Below, piece by piece: positions 18,527-27,168 of a DNA stretch of 64,000 nt. The stretch comes from a candidate division WOR-1 bacterium RIFOXYB2_FULL_45_9 (GTDB lineage: Bacteria > Margulisbacteria > WOR-1 > O2-12-FULL-45-9 > XYB2-FULL-48-7): the NCBI GenBank assembly GCA_001771575.1, contig MEUD01000001.1, forward strand, positions 1,575,470 to 1,639,469, read 5' to 3'. Both the position numbers and the translations under genes were made by a program. How positions within the stretch are numbered: the first letter of the stretch is position 1; every line of letters begins with the position of its first letter. The notes beneath the pieces are model-generated. The model made no database searches. It was not told the origin of the DNA and saw only the letters and a list, made by a program, of their open reading frames with translations.

Positions 18527-20249
18527 AGATCAAGCTCTCTGGCTGGCGATAACCCTCGCTTTTTTGGTGATCTTTGGCCGGCTTTTTCAGCTCCAGGTGA
18601 TCGAGGGGGGGAAATACCGGCGTCTGGCCCTGGAAAACGCCGCCAAGACCATCCCGATCTACGCGCCGCGCGGCATTATTTATGACCGGGTCGGCAAGAT
18701 TATCGCCCAAAATCAAGCGGTCTTTTCCATTCAGGTCATGCCCCAGCTTCTCTCCGACCACGATCCCGAACGTCGCGACCGGGTCTTGAAAAAACTTAGC
18801 GCCATTCTTGGCGAAGAGGTCAAACCGATCAAGCGGGCCGACCGGCCGATCCTGATCAAAGATAATATCGACGTTAAGACCGCGATCACCGTGGAAGAGC
18901 TGGGGAAAGAGCTCAAAGGGGTAGAGGTGGTCGTTCATCCGGTCAGGCTCTATCCGTACGGCAAGGCCGCTTCCCATCTGCTTGGTTATGTCGGCGAGAT
19001 AGAAGCGGACGAGCTCAAGCGTTTAAAAATAGAAGGATACCGGCTGGGGGACACTATCGGCAAGGACGGGATCGAAAAAATATACGATAAATTGATCAGG
19101 GGGAAGGACGGCGGCAAGAGGATCGAGGTTGACGTCAGGGGGAACCCGATCCGGGTCTTAGGTTCGGTGAACCCGGCGCCTGGGGCCGATGTTTTCACGA
19201 CCATTGATATAGAGCTTCAGCAGGCGGCCGATGTCGCGTTGGGAGCGAAGATCGGGGCGGTGGTGGTCCTTGACCCGCGGAGCGGTGAACTGCTGTCGCT
19301 GGTCAGCCATCCCAATTACGACCCGAATATTTTTGTTAAACAGCTTGAGTCGGTGGAATGGGAGAAGCTCGAAAAAAAACGCCACCCTTTCATGGACCGG
19401 GCGCTGGCGATCTATCCTCCCGGCTCGATCTTTAAAGCGATCGTTTTGACCGCGGCGCTGGAGAAGAAGGTGACGGAGCCGAAGGAGTCTTTCTTTTGTC
19501 CCGGATATTACCGGATCAATAACCGGATCGCCCGCTGTTGGAAAGAGAGCGGCCACGGCCGGATCACCGCGGAGGACGGCCTGGTCAATTCCTGCGATAT
19601 TGTTTTTTACGAGCTTGGCCGGCGGCTTGGACCGGACCTGATCGCCGAATATTCCAGGAAGTATGGCCTGGGGGAGAGGACCGGGCTTGACCTGCCGCAC
19701 GAAAAGATCGGGTTGGTCCCGGATACCGCCTGGAAAAAAAGAGCTCTTGGCGAAGGATGGTACGAAGGGGACTCGATCAATTACGGTATCGGCCAGGGAT
19801 TTCTCCAGGTGACACCCATTCAGATGGCCAAGGTTTACGGGACGATCGCCACCGGGCGGCAAATGCGGCCTTATATTGTCACCGAGATCAGAAAAAAAGA
19901 CGGTGAAGCCCTCTACCAACAGGGGCCAAAGGAGGTCGGCGTTATTCCCGGCAACAGCGAGACGGTTAAGGTGGTCCGGGACGCCCTGCGTGAAGTGGTG
20001 AAGCGGGCGACCGGTCGGGCGGCCAGCGTGCCGGGGATCCCGGCGGCCGGAAAGACCGGGACCGCGCAAAACCCCGGCTTGCCTCACGCCTGGTTTATTT
20101 GTTACGCTCCATACGACGAACCGGAGATCGTCATTGCTTCTTTCGTTGAACATGGAGAGCATGGGGACCAGTCATCGGCGCATGTTGCCAGAGATATCCT
20201 AAAGTGGTACAAAGAAAACCGGCTTCAGAAAGAGTACGCAGAGGAATAA
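18519..20249 (+). CDS. mrdA: penicillin-binding protein 2 (peptidoglycan D,D-transpeptidase MrdA)
   Basis: N-terminal TM, active-site SxxK (PPGSIFK), then SxN and KTGT (AAGKTGTAQ) motifs. Conserved mreBCD-mrdA gene order. Confidence 0.9.
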   Translation: MNKDQALWLAITLAFLVIFGRLFQLQVIEGGKYRRLALENAAKTIPIYAPRGIIYDRVGKIIAQNQAVFSIQVMPQLLSDHDPERRDRVLKKLSAILGEEVKPIKRADRPILIKDNIDVKTAITVEELGKELKGVEVVVHPVRLYPYGKAASHLLGYVGEIEADELKRLKIEGYRLGDTIGKDGIEKIYDKLIRGKDGGKRIEVDVRGNPIRVLGSVNPAPGADVFTTIDIELQQAADVALGAKIGAVVVLDPRSGELLSLVSHPNYDPNIFVKQLESVEWEKLEKKRHPFMDRALAIYPPGSIFKAIVLTAALEKKVTEPKESFFCPGYYRINNRIARCWKESGHGRITAEDGLVNSCDIVFYELGRRLGPDLIAEYSRKYGLGERTGLDLPHEKIGLVPDTAWKKRALGEGWYEGDSINYGIGQGFLQVTPIQMAKVYGTIATGRQMRPYIVTEIRKKDGEALYQQGPKEVGVIPGNSETVKVVRDALREVVKRATGRAASVPGIPAAGKTGTAQNPGLPHAWFICYAPYDEPEIVIASFVEHGEHGDQSSAHVARDILKWYKENRLQKEYAEE

Positions 20250-20262
20250 GTATTTTTCCCTT

Positions 20263-20291
20263 TTGACAAATCTCCTCTTATTTGCTAAAAT
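20263..20291 (+). promoter_or_regulatory. sigma70-type promoter: TTGACA, 17-bp spacer, TAAAAT, upstream of rplY
   Basis: TTGACA at 20263-20268 and TAAAAT at 20286-20291 with an exact 17-nt spacer. GGTGAGG RBS follows and the ATG is at 20301. Confidence 0.6.
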
Positions 20292-20300
20292 GGTGAGGTT

Positions 20301-21017
20301 ATGAAAAAAGTTGAGCTGGCCGCTAAAAAGAGAGACGCGATCGGGACAAAAAAGCTGAAAAGTTTGAGAAAAGAAGGCTTTATTCCCGCCATCGTCTATG
20401 GCCGGAAGATCAAGCCGATTGCTGTGGCGATTGAGAATAAAGCATTTTTAACAAAGATATTAGGCTCTGAAACGGGAAAAAACACAATCGCTTCGCTTAA
20501 AGTCGGCGGAGAAGACCTGCAGGTTTTAACCCAGGACATTCAGTTTGACGCTCTCGATGGGACCATTATCCACATCGATTTTGCCAATGTTGTCATGGAC
20601 GAAGTGATCAAGACCAAGGTCTCGATCGAATTGACCGGGATACCTTTCGGCGTTAAAGAGAGTGGCGGTATTTTGGTCCATGGCTTGCGTGAAATTGAGA
20701 TCGAATGCTTGCCCGGCGATATTCCGGAGAAGTTCCACGTTGACGTCAGCGCTTTGCAGATCAACGACTCTCTCCATGTTTCCGATCTTCCTTCCGGGAA
20801 GTATAAGCTTCTTTCCAGCCCGACGGAAATGATCGCTTCCTGCGTCCCGCCGACCAAGGAAGAAGTGGTGGCCCCGACAGTGGCGCCGGTGGTCGGTGAA
20901 GCGACCGCGGCAGACGCGGTGGCGGTAGCCGATGAAAAGGTCAAAGAAAAAGCGGCCCCAGGGGCTGGACCGGCTAAAGCGGCTCCGGCTGGAAAACAGG
21001 AAAAACCTGCTAAGTAA
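20301..21017 (+). CDS. rplY: 50S ribosomal protein L25 (Ctc-form) with an Ala/Pro/Lys-rich C-terminal tail
   Basis: L25/Ctc N-terminal and beta-barrel domains (IPAIVYG…, HIDF…). The last about 40 residues are low-complexity: PTVAPVVGEATAADAVAVADEKVKEKAAPGAGPAKAAPAGKQEKPAK. Confidence 0.9.
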   Translation: MKKVELAAKKRDAIGTKKLKSLRKEGFIPAIVYGRKIKPIAVAIENKAFLTKILGSETGKNTIASLKVGGEDLQVLTQDIQFDALDGTIIHIDFANVVMDEVIKTKVSIELTGIPFGVKESGGILVHGLREIEIECLPGDIPEKFHVDVSALQINDSLHVSDLPSGKYKLLSSPTEMIASCVPPTKEEVVAPTVAPVVGEATAADAVAVADEKVKEKAAPGAGPAKAAPAGKQEKPAK

Positions 21018-21067
21018 TCCCCCTCTGGATACCGCAATATTTTTCCTGTATAATCCGATAAAATATT

Positions 21068-22357
21068 ATGGCTGATTTTCACGCGGAAGGCGGTGGCGTC
21101 CACCCGGGTAAGCCGATCATTTGGCCTACCGGTAAGCCCACAAGTTCTTCTTCCACTTCCAGCACTCAATCAAATGCCGCGCAGAACGCGGCCAACCAGA
21201 CCGCTCCGGTCAAACCAGGCCAGGTAGCGCCGGCCCAGCAGGCGGCGGCGACCGCCTCACCGGCCGCGGCCGCTCCGGCCAAAACCGCCGCTTCAATTTC
21301 CCGCAATTTAACGATCGAAGATGTCCGCTCCCATCTCCTTTCCCTGCAGATCGAACCGAGCGATTTCAATTCAAAACTCGCCTCGATGATGCTCCGCAAC
21401 GGGCTGGAGCTCTCCCGCGGCAATTTCGTGAAGATCTTGAACATGATGCAGGGGACCAATAAGTCGGACGCGATGCAGCAGGCGGCGACGATGCTGGTGA
21501 TGAAAGGGGTCGACTCTCCCGAAGCGGTCAAGGTCCTGGGCCAGTACCTGGCGGAAAACCCGAGCATGGCGAGCCAGATCTCCGGCCTTCAGTCGGGGAT
21601 AGGGAACCTCGCCTCGGCCCTGGCGAGCGGCAAAGGACTTCTAAATTCGACCCTGGTGGCCCAGCTAACGGCGATGCTCGGCCAATTTGACGACATGTTC
21701 CAGACGATCTCCGATCAGTTCGCGACCAAGGGGACCTCCCTGGATAGGAGCTCCCTGCTGACCGATGCCAAAGCGCTCAAAGCCCTTTTAAACGGGGTGA
21801 AGGAAAAAGCGGGGGGAGAAAAAGCCCGCGGCGCCCAGGGGGAAATATTGGCGTCAGCCGTAAAGGAGTTTACCAGTAAACTTGACCGGATGATGCAGAA
21901 CGTGGTCGCCCAATCGATCCTCTCCCAGAGCGGGCGGACCGAGGTCAATTACCATTACCAGCAGATCCCCAACACCATGGTCAATCCTCCCAAGGATTTT
22001 GAGATCGTCATCAAGCGAGACGGCGAAGGAAAAAAGGCGAAGATCGACCCGCGCAACACCCAGGTGGTCATGGCCTTTGAGACCGATGGGCTGGGGAAAA
22101 TGGTCATTTCAATGATCGTCAAAGACAACAAGATCTACGTAGTTTTTGTCTTTGCCGAGAAAGATTACGGCGACAATGGCCGCGCCCTGATCGCCCAGGA
22201 GTTTGGCGAGTTCCAGAAAAAACTGTCAGACAAGAATTTTCTGATCACCGGCTACCAGGTCAAAGTAGACAAGGCGATGTGCAATACCAAGGCTTATTTG
22301 ATCCCGCTTTTACCGTCGATCGAAAACGCCCTAAAAAGGATAGACATTGAGGCATAA
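21068..22357 (+). CDS. FliK-like (flagellar hook-length control protein C-terminal domain-like) protein
   Basis: Ser/Ala/Gln-rich low-complexity N-terminal half. The C-terminal about 90 aa (KIDPRNTQVVMAFETDGLGKMVISMIVKDNKIYVVFVFAEKDYGDNGRALIAQEFGEFQKKL…) follows the Flg_hook/FliK C-domain hydrophobic periodicity. Adjacent to an FlhB-C-domain gene. The family assignment is tentative. Confidence 0.45.
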   Translation: MADFHAEGGGVHPGKPIIWPTGKPTSSSSTSSTQSNAAQNAANQTAPVKPGQVAPAQQAAATASPAAAAPAKTAASISRNLTIEDVRSHLLSLQIEPSDFNSKLASMMLRNGLELSRGNFVKILNMMQGTNKSDAMQQAATMLVMKGVDSPEAVKVLGQYLAENPSMASQISGLQSGIGNLASALASGKGLLNSTLVAQLTAMLGQFDDMFQTISDQFATKGTSLDRSSLLTDAKALKALLNGVKEKAGGEKARGAQGEILASAVKEFTSKLDRMMQNVVAQSILSQSGRTEVNYHYQQIPNTMVNPPKDFEIVIKRDGEGKKAKIDPRNTQVVMAFETDGLGKMVISMIVKDNKIYVVFVFAEKDYGDNGRALIAQEFGEFQKKLSDKNFLITGYQVKVDKAMCNTKAYLIPLLPSIENALKRIDIEA

Positions 22358-22359
22358 TA

Positions 22360-22728
22360 ATGGCTGAAGAAGAAAATAAACTGCCTGACGAAGGCGAAAA
22401 AAAACCGGAACGCAAGACGGTTGTGGCGGTCCGCTATGACATTGATCGGGACAAAGCGCCAATGGTCCTGGCGACCGGCAAGGGGATGATGGCGGACGAG
22501 ATCCTCCGGATCGCCGAAGAGAACAAGATCCCGCTCTACGAAGACCCGGAGCTGGCCAAGCTTTTGGCCAAACTGGAGATCGACTCCGAGATCCCGCCGG
22601 AGCTCTATACTTTGGTGGCGGAGGTCCTCTTTTTCGTCTTCAAGCTCGACCGGATGGCCGAAAAGAGGGAGAAAGTGGTGACCCGCCTGCGCGAAGAGAA
22701 AAAAGAAAAAGCAAGGAAGGGAGAATAG
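22360..22728 (+). CDS. stand-alone FlhB/EscU C-terminal-domain-like protein (YlqH-like)
   Basis: VVAVRYDIDRDKAPMVLATGKGMMADEILRIAEENKIPLYEDPELAKLLAKLEIDSEIPPELYTLVAEVLFFV aligns to the FlhB/YscU C-terminal (post-NPTH) domain consensus. The protein is 122 aa with no TM region. Confidence 0.7.
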   Translation: MAEEENKLPDEGEKKPERKTVVAVRYDIDRDKAPMVLATGKGMMADEILRIAEENKIPLYEDPELAKLLAKLEIDSEIPPELYTLVAEVLFFVFKLDRMAEKREKVVTRLREEKKEKARKGE

Positions 22729-22730
22729 GG

Positions 22731-23060
22731 ATGGATAACATTACGTTCGACGATTTTAAAAAACTCGATCTTCGGGTCGCCGAGATCAAAGAGGTTGAGG
22801 AAGTTCCGGGGGCCGATAAGCTGTGGAAATTAAAGATCGACTGCGGCGAAGAGCGGGAAATTGTCGCCGGGATAAAACTCCATTACACCAGGGAAGAGTT
22901 GATCGGTAAAAAGATCGCTTTTCTGGCTAACCTGGAACCCAAGACCATCCGCGGGGTGACTTCACACGGGATGTTGATGGCGGCGTCAAACGACGATCGG
23001 AGCATTATCACTATTCTCTCGCCGTTGAAGGATGTTCCGAACGGATCAAAGATCTCCTGA
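22731..23060 (+). CDS. tRNA-binding protein (CsaA/Trbp111 EMAP-like domain)
   Basis: LDLRVAEIKEVEEVPGADKLWKLKIDCGEE…IVAGI is the OB-fold tRNA-binding domain found in CsaA, Trbp111 and the MetRS C-terminus. Confidence 0.8.
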   Translation: MDNITFDDFKKLDLRVAEIKEVEEVPGADKLWKLKIDCGEEREIVAGIKLHYTREELIGKKIAFLANLEPKTIRGVTSHGMLMAASNDDRSIITILSPLKDVPNGSKIS

Positions 23061-23756
23061 TCATTCCACCGCGTAAGTGATTGAGACCGAGCCAGTTATT
23101 TCGATCAATCCTGGAGAGACCGGTGTTTCCGCGTTGTCAGCTTGTAATCCGGCCAGCGCCCTCATTTGATTTTCCTGCGGATATACGACCCTTGCGCCCC
23201 CCTCAACAATAGATTGCGTCCCAATTATTTTCAGCCCGGCCGCTTTAGCGATGGTTTGGGCCTTTTCGCCGGCCGCTTCGACCGCTTGAGAGAGGGCCGA
23301 TCTTTTGGCTTCCTTATCGTCCTGGCGGGTAAAGTTGAGGCCGCGAACATTGTTGGCCCCCGCGGCGATCCCCGAATCGATCACTTTTGAAATAAGGGCC
23401 AGATCTTCAATGGTGATGTTGACCTGGTTGCCGCAGCGATAGCCGACGGTTTTTGGCGGCTGGTTTTGCTCATATTTGACTTCCGGCCAGATGTTGAAAT
23501 TCGAGGTCTTGACCTTCTTTTTGGCGATCCCATTTTTTTCGACCGCCTCCATGACCTGTTTCATCAGGCGGGCATTTTCCGCCTGGGCGGCTTGAGCGCT
23601 CTTGCCGGAACATTCGACCCCTAATTGAACATTGGCGGTATCGGGTTCGACCTGGACACTGCCAAAGCCGTTGACGATAATAGATTGTTCTTTGGCGGCG
23701 GTGGCGGAGAGAGCTAGGCAGAGCAGGGCCAATAAAATGAAGAGAGCGTTTTTCAT
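23061..23756 (-). CDS. SIMPL domain (DUF541, BP26/OMP28-like) periplasmic protein
   Basis: Signal peptide and the SIMPL architecture (…IIVNGFGSVQVEPDTANVQLGVE…, C-terminal …EITGSVSITYAVE). Confidence 0.8.
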   Translation of the reverse strand: MKNALFILLALLCLALSATAAKEQSIIVNGFGSVQVEPDTANVQLGVECSGKSAQAAQAENARLMKQVMEAVEKNGIAKKKVKTSNFNIWPEVKYEQNQPPKTVGYRCGNQVNITIEDLALISKVIDSGIAAGANNVRGLNFTRQDDKEAKRSALSQAVEAAGEKAQTIAKAAGLKIIGTQSIVEGGARVVYPQENQMRALAGLQADNAETPVSPGLIEITGSVSITYAVE

Positions 23757-23766
23757 CTTCTTCCTC

Positions 23767-24318
23767 CTAGTTAAAGGTCTCGGCCGCCTTAAAAGCGGGG
23801 CTTTTGGCGTCCTTGTCGGAGACCAGCGGGGTCAGCCCTTTCAGCGGCCACATTATTTTCAGGTCCGGATCGTTCCAGACAATGGCCCGCTCGCCGGCCG
23901 GGTCGTAGAGGTCGGTGCATTTGTATAAAACGTCGGTCTCGTCTTCCAGGGCGAGAAAACCGTGGGCAAACCCTTCGGGGATATAGAGCTGTTTGGTAAC
24001 ATCGAGGAGCTCGCCGTGCCATTTGCCGAAAGTCGCCGAGCTTTTACGCAGATCAACCGCGACGTCAAAGATCAATCCTTTCATGACGCTGACCAGCTTT
24101 CCCTGCGGGTGAGGGGGGATTTGGTAGTGGAGGCCGCGGACCACCCCTTTTTTGGAACGGCTGTGATTGTCCTGGACGAATTGGGCGATCAAGCCGTTTT
24201 CGGCAAAAGTCCGGGAATGGTAGGTTTCCATGAAAAAGCCGCGGTTGTCGGTAAAGGAGCGGCTTTCAATAACGACGACGCCGGCCAGCGGGGTTTTGCT
24301 GAACTTAAAGTTGATCAT
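23767..24318 (-). CDS. rfbC: dTDP-4-dehydrorhamnose 3,5-epimerase RfbC/RmlC
   Basis: Cupin-fold RmlC blocks: GFFMETY, VRGLHYQ, KLVSVMKGLIFDVAVDLR, IPEGFAHGF. Start moved to MINFKF to fit the family length. The ORF-track start at 24357 adds 13 aa. Confidence 0.85.
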   Translation of the reverse strand: MINFKFSKTPLAGVVVIESRSFTDNRGFFMETYHSRTFAENGLIAQFVQDNHSRSKKGVVRGLHYQIPPHPQGKLVSVMKGLIFDVAVDLRKSSATFGKWHGELLDVTKQLYIPEGFAHGFLALEDETDVLYKCTDLYDPAGERAIVWNDPDLKIMWPLKGLTPLVSDKDAKSPAFKAAETFN

Positions 24319-24334
24319 TGAGAAAAAAATTATA

Positions 24335-25039
24335 TCATTCAAATGAAGAGGGCGCAACGATTGCCGAAGATTTAATCAATCGGTATTGGCCCAGTTGCAG
24401 ATCACCCAGTTCCAAATTGGCGATCCTTACCCTTTTGAGCCGGAGGACGTTGTAGCCGAACTTATCGAGCATCCGTCTGATCTGGCGGTTTTTTCCCTCG
24501 CGCAGGATAAAGTTATAGGTCATACCGGTCATTTTTTTGACCAGGACCGGTTTGGTTTTTTCCCCTAAGATCATTATTCCCTGACGGTATTTGGCGATGA
24601 CGTCCTGGGCGATCGGCTGGTCGACCGTCACTTCGTACTCTTTTTCGTGCTCAAATTTAGGGGAGGAGAGCCGGTGGGCGACGACCCCGTCGTTGGTCAG
24701 GAGGAGGAGCCCTTCTGAATCTTTATCAAGGCGGCCGACTGGGTGGAGGTTTTTTAGTTTTGCCGGGAGGAGATCGGTCGCTTCTTTCTCACCCGCCTGG
24801 GGGAGGTTGGTGACGTAGCCGACCGGTTTGTTCATCAGGAGATAAATAAACTCTTCTCGGTGTTTTTTTGCCTGCCGGCTAAGTTCGACCTTGTCTTTGG
24901 CCGGGTCGATCCTGGTCCCCAGCTCGGTCACGACCTGGCCGTTGACCTTGATCCAGCCTTGTTTGATATACTCTTCCGCCTTGCGGCGGGAGGCAAGGCC
25001 CTGTTCGGAGCAGTATTTTTGCAATCTGATCTTTACCAT
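24335..25039 (-). CDS. RsuA/RluB-family rRNA pseudouridine synthase
   Basis: N-terminal S4 domain (RLQKYCSEQGLASRRKAEEYIKQGWIKVNG) and the catalytic GRLDKDSEGLLLLTNDG block. Confidence 0.85.
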   Translation of the reverse strand: MVKIRLQKYCSEQGLASRRKAEEYIKQGWIKVNGQVVTELGTRIDPAKDKVELSRQAKKHREEFIYLLMNKPVGYVTNLPQAGEKEATDLLPAKLKNLHPVGRLDKDSEGLLLLTNDGVVAHRLSSPKFEHEKEYEVTVDQPIAQDVIAKYRQGIMILGEKTKPVLVKKMTGMTYNFILREGKNRQIRRMLDKFGYNVLRLKRVRIANLELGDLQLGQYRLIKSSAIVAPSSFE

Positions 25040-25084
25040 ATCATTTAAGTATATTAGCTCTGGCGTTTCAGGGCAAGCGAAAGA

Positions 25085-26251
25085 CTAATAACTTAATCTG
25101 GCCAACAAGTCGGCCAGAGGCTCGGGCTGATAATACCCTTTTTGTTCTCCTTCAGTGATTAAAGGGGTCCTTTCGATCCTAAGGCCTTTTAATCTCGTTG
25201 TGTCATCGGGGATCAGCCTTCGACCCGCGCCTAATCTTAATCTTTTACTTCGATCGCCGGCGATGATCACCTGCAAATAATCATTTTCCTTTGCCCCGGC
25301 TTCCGTCCCTTTTAAGGTCTTTACCAGCTGTTGGACCATATCGGCGGTCGTCATCCCGCGAATTTCCGGATCTTCGATGGTATTGGGGATAAAAACTTTC
25401 AGGGCGTGGCTTTCCCGGACCGCCTCCGACATTCCCATCAGATGAAGAGTTGATAAAAGGCTGGTGTAGAAGCTTCCCATTGAAAAGACGATCATATCCG
25501 ACCCTCTGATTGCGTCCGCCGCTTCGGCGCTAAGGCTGGGCCTGATCTCGGCGGCGCCCGGCTCTTCGCGCTCAAGGAAAAACAGCCGTTGCATTCGTGA
25601 GCCGAGATCGGTCTTGGTGATAATGTGCTGGCCGACAATTGTTTGGCGGTCCACGGTTTCCACCGCTAAATGCATAACCGCTTCGGAAGCCGGCAAGACC
25701 CGTCCCCGGACCCCGGCCAGTTTTTCGTATAAGAAGATCGCCGCGCCGATATCTCCAAAATCAAGGTAAGCGCCGGTCAAAAAGAAGTTTCCGATGCTCC
25801 CTTGCTTTAGATCAAAAGGCCCTTTGGTCAATTCTATGCTCTTTCGTGTTTCGTCAAAACGTTTTAGGTTGGCTAAAATGATCCTGGTAAATTTGTGGTT
25901 TCTGGCGGAGGCGGCGCAGGTCAGCGGGTGGCGGCAGTTGATGATTGAAGCGAACTCTTTTTCCAGCGCTGTTTTATCTTCTATGTTCGGCAAACGATAG
26001 GCCAGCAAGTCAGTGATCTCGCGATAGCCAAGGGTCCGCCGGTCGGCAAGGTCGATACAGCGGCTGCGCAGGTCGCCGATCGCCGGAATGCCGAAAAATT
26101 CCCTGATCCTTCTGGTGCTTCTCCCGCTGTCAGCGGTGCCGATCACATGGACCGTAGTGGGATTGGGATAAAGCGAGGCGAGCGATCTGGCGACAAAGCG
26201 GAAGCCTGTCCCACCGGTAATACAGGCGATCCTTCGTTCATAAATGGCCAT
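25085..26251 (-). CDS. CofD/YvcK (UPF0052) family protein
   Basis: N-terminal ITGGTGF nucleotide-binding turn and the family motif MGSFYTSLL (like PGSLYTS in YvcK). At 388 aa it is longer than typical members. Confidence 0.65.
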   Translation of the reverse strand: MAIYERRIACITGGTGFRFVARSLASLYPNPTTVHVIGTADSGRSTRRIREFFGIPAIGDLRSRCIDLADRRTLGYREITDLLAYRLPNIEDKTALEKEFASIINCRHPLTCAASARNHKFTRIILANLKRFDETRKSIELTKGPFDLKQGSIGNFFLTGAYLDFGDIGAAIFLYEKLAGVRGRVLPASEAVMHLAVETVDRQTIVGQHIITKTDLGSRMQRLFFLEREEPGAAEIRPSLSAEAADAIRGSDMIVFSMGSFYTSLLSTLHLMGMSEAVRESHALKVFIPNTIEDPEIRGMTTADMVQQLVKTLKGTEAGAKENDYLQVIIAGDRSKRLRLGAGRRLIPDDTTRLKGLRIERTPLITEGEQKGYYQPEPLADLLARLSY

Positions 26252-26351
26252 TTTTCATCTTCCTTCTGGAGCTCCAACCGATCGGGGAGTTCTCTTGGTT
26301 TATTATCATTATTTAGCCGGGGAAATTTCGGGCGATTTGTTATCAGTCAAC

Positions 26352-26381
26352 GAGAACGATCTCCATCGCGCAAACCAAAGA
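26352..26381 (+). repeat. 30-bp direct repeat copy A (GAGAACGATCTCCATCGCGCAAACCAAAGA)
   Basis: 27/30 identical to 27171-27200, which lies inside the nnrE start. Intergenic position. Confidence 0.7.
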
Positions 26382-26452
26382 GGTCTATGTTGGCTACCGA
26401 GGTGAAATTCAAACCGATTTTGTCGGATAAATACGCGTAAGGAGTTTCACCT

Positions 26453-27088
26453 ATGACAAACATCGGTTTGGTTGGTTTCAGGCGCTGGGGGCATGTAAAT
26501 TTGGCGGGTACAATCCAGGAACTATATAAAAATCCTAAGCCTGGGGCGTTTCATGCCACGAGGAGAAATACCGTTGAGTTTTGCTCGGAGGCTTTAGGTG
26601 GCCGGCTTTTTTTCCCTGAATCCAGGCCCCTTTATGCCGCTAATGTCGTTGACGTTAATTTATTGCCGGAAGAGCTGATCCTCGAAGGTTTTTTGCCGGG
26701 CCGGATCGCGCAAAGGATTGCCGGCGGTAGCTTGGGCGCTCCCGGTTTTGGTTTAGGGATTGCCGGCATTGACGCGGTGCTTGATATTGTGGCGACTTCT
26801 TATCAGGCCGTGCTCGCGCCCAAAGAACACGACCGGCTTGTCCTGCTGAGACAGGTTTACGCCAGAAGTTTTAGTGACGTGCCTGTTCCCTGGATCTTGC
26901 GCCTGCCCCAAGAAAAATTCACCGCTCTTGAAGCGGCCAAAAGCGTGAAAGTCGTTAACATAAAAGATTTTCTCTACAATGGCGGGACATTTTCGGAAAT
27001 GACCTTTGCCGGCCGGTTCAGCCTGCAGGATTTTGAGGTTTACGCCGACCCTGACCCAAGGGAGTTATCTTATACGCCCAGCCCCTAA
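26453..27088 (+). CDS. hypothetical protein (211 aa)
   Basis: ORF with AGGAG RBS (cgtaAGGAGtttcacctATG). Lies between the two copies of the 30-bp direct repeat. No domain recognised. Confidence 0.5.
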   Translation: MTNIGLVGFRRWGHVNLAGTIQELYKNPKPGAFHATRRNTVEFCSEALGGRLFFPESRPLYAANVVDVNLLPEELILEGFLPGRIAQRIAGGSLGAPGFGLGIAGIDAVLDIVATSYQAVLAPKEHDRLVLLRQVYARSFSDVPVPWILRLPQEKFTALEAAKSVKVVNIKDFLYNGGTFSEMTFAGRFSLQDFEVYADPDPRELSYTPSP

Positions 27089-27168
27089 GCTTAGCTTTAT
27101 TCAAATTTAGTCTTTACATAAATCTTGCTTGCCCTTTGGGGTAGGGTTGTTTATGATAAACTTTAATT

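Noticed and set aside
19158-20162. 334-aa minus-strand ORF inside mrdA
   Set aside because: Antisense to PBP2. Arg/Pro/Gly-rich composition with no motifs.
21019-21028. CCCCCTCTGG after rplY, resembling the outer end of the DUF559-element TIR (CCCCCTCTGTCC)
   Set aside because: Only a 9-nt match with no inverted partner or palindrome nearby. Probably chance in a GC-rich genome.
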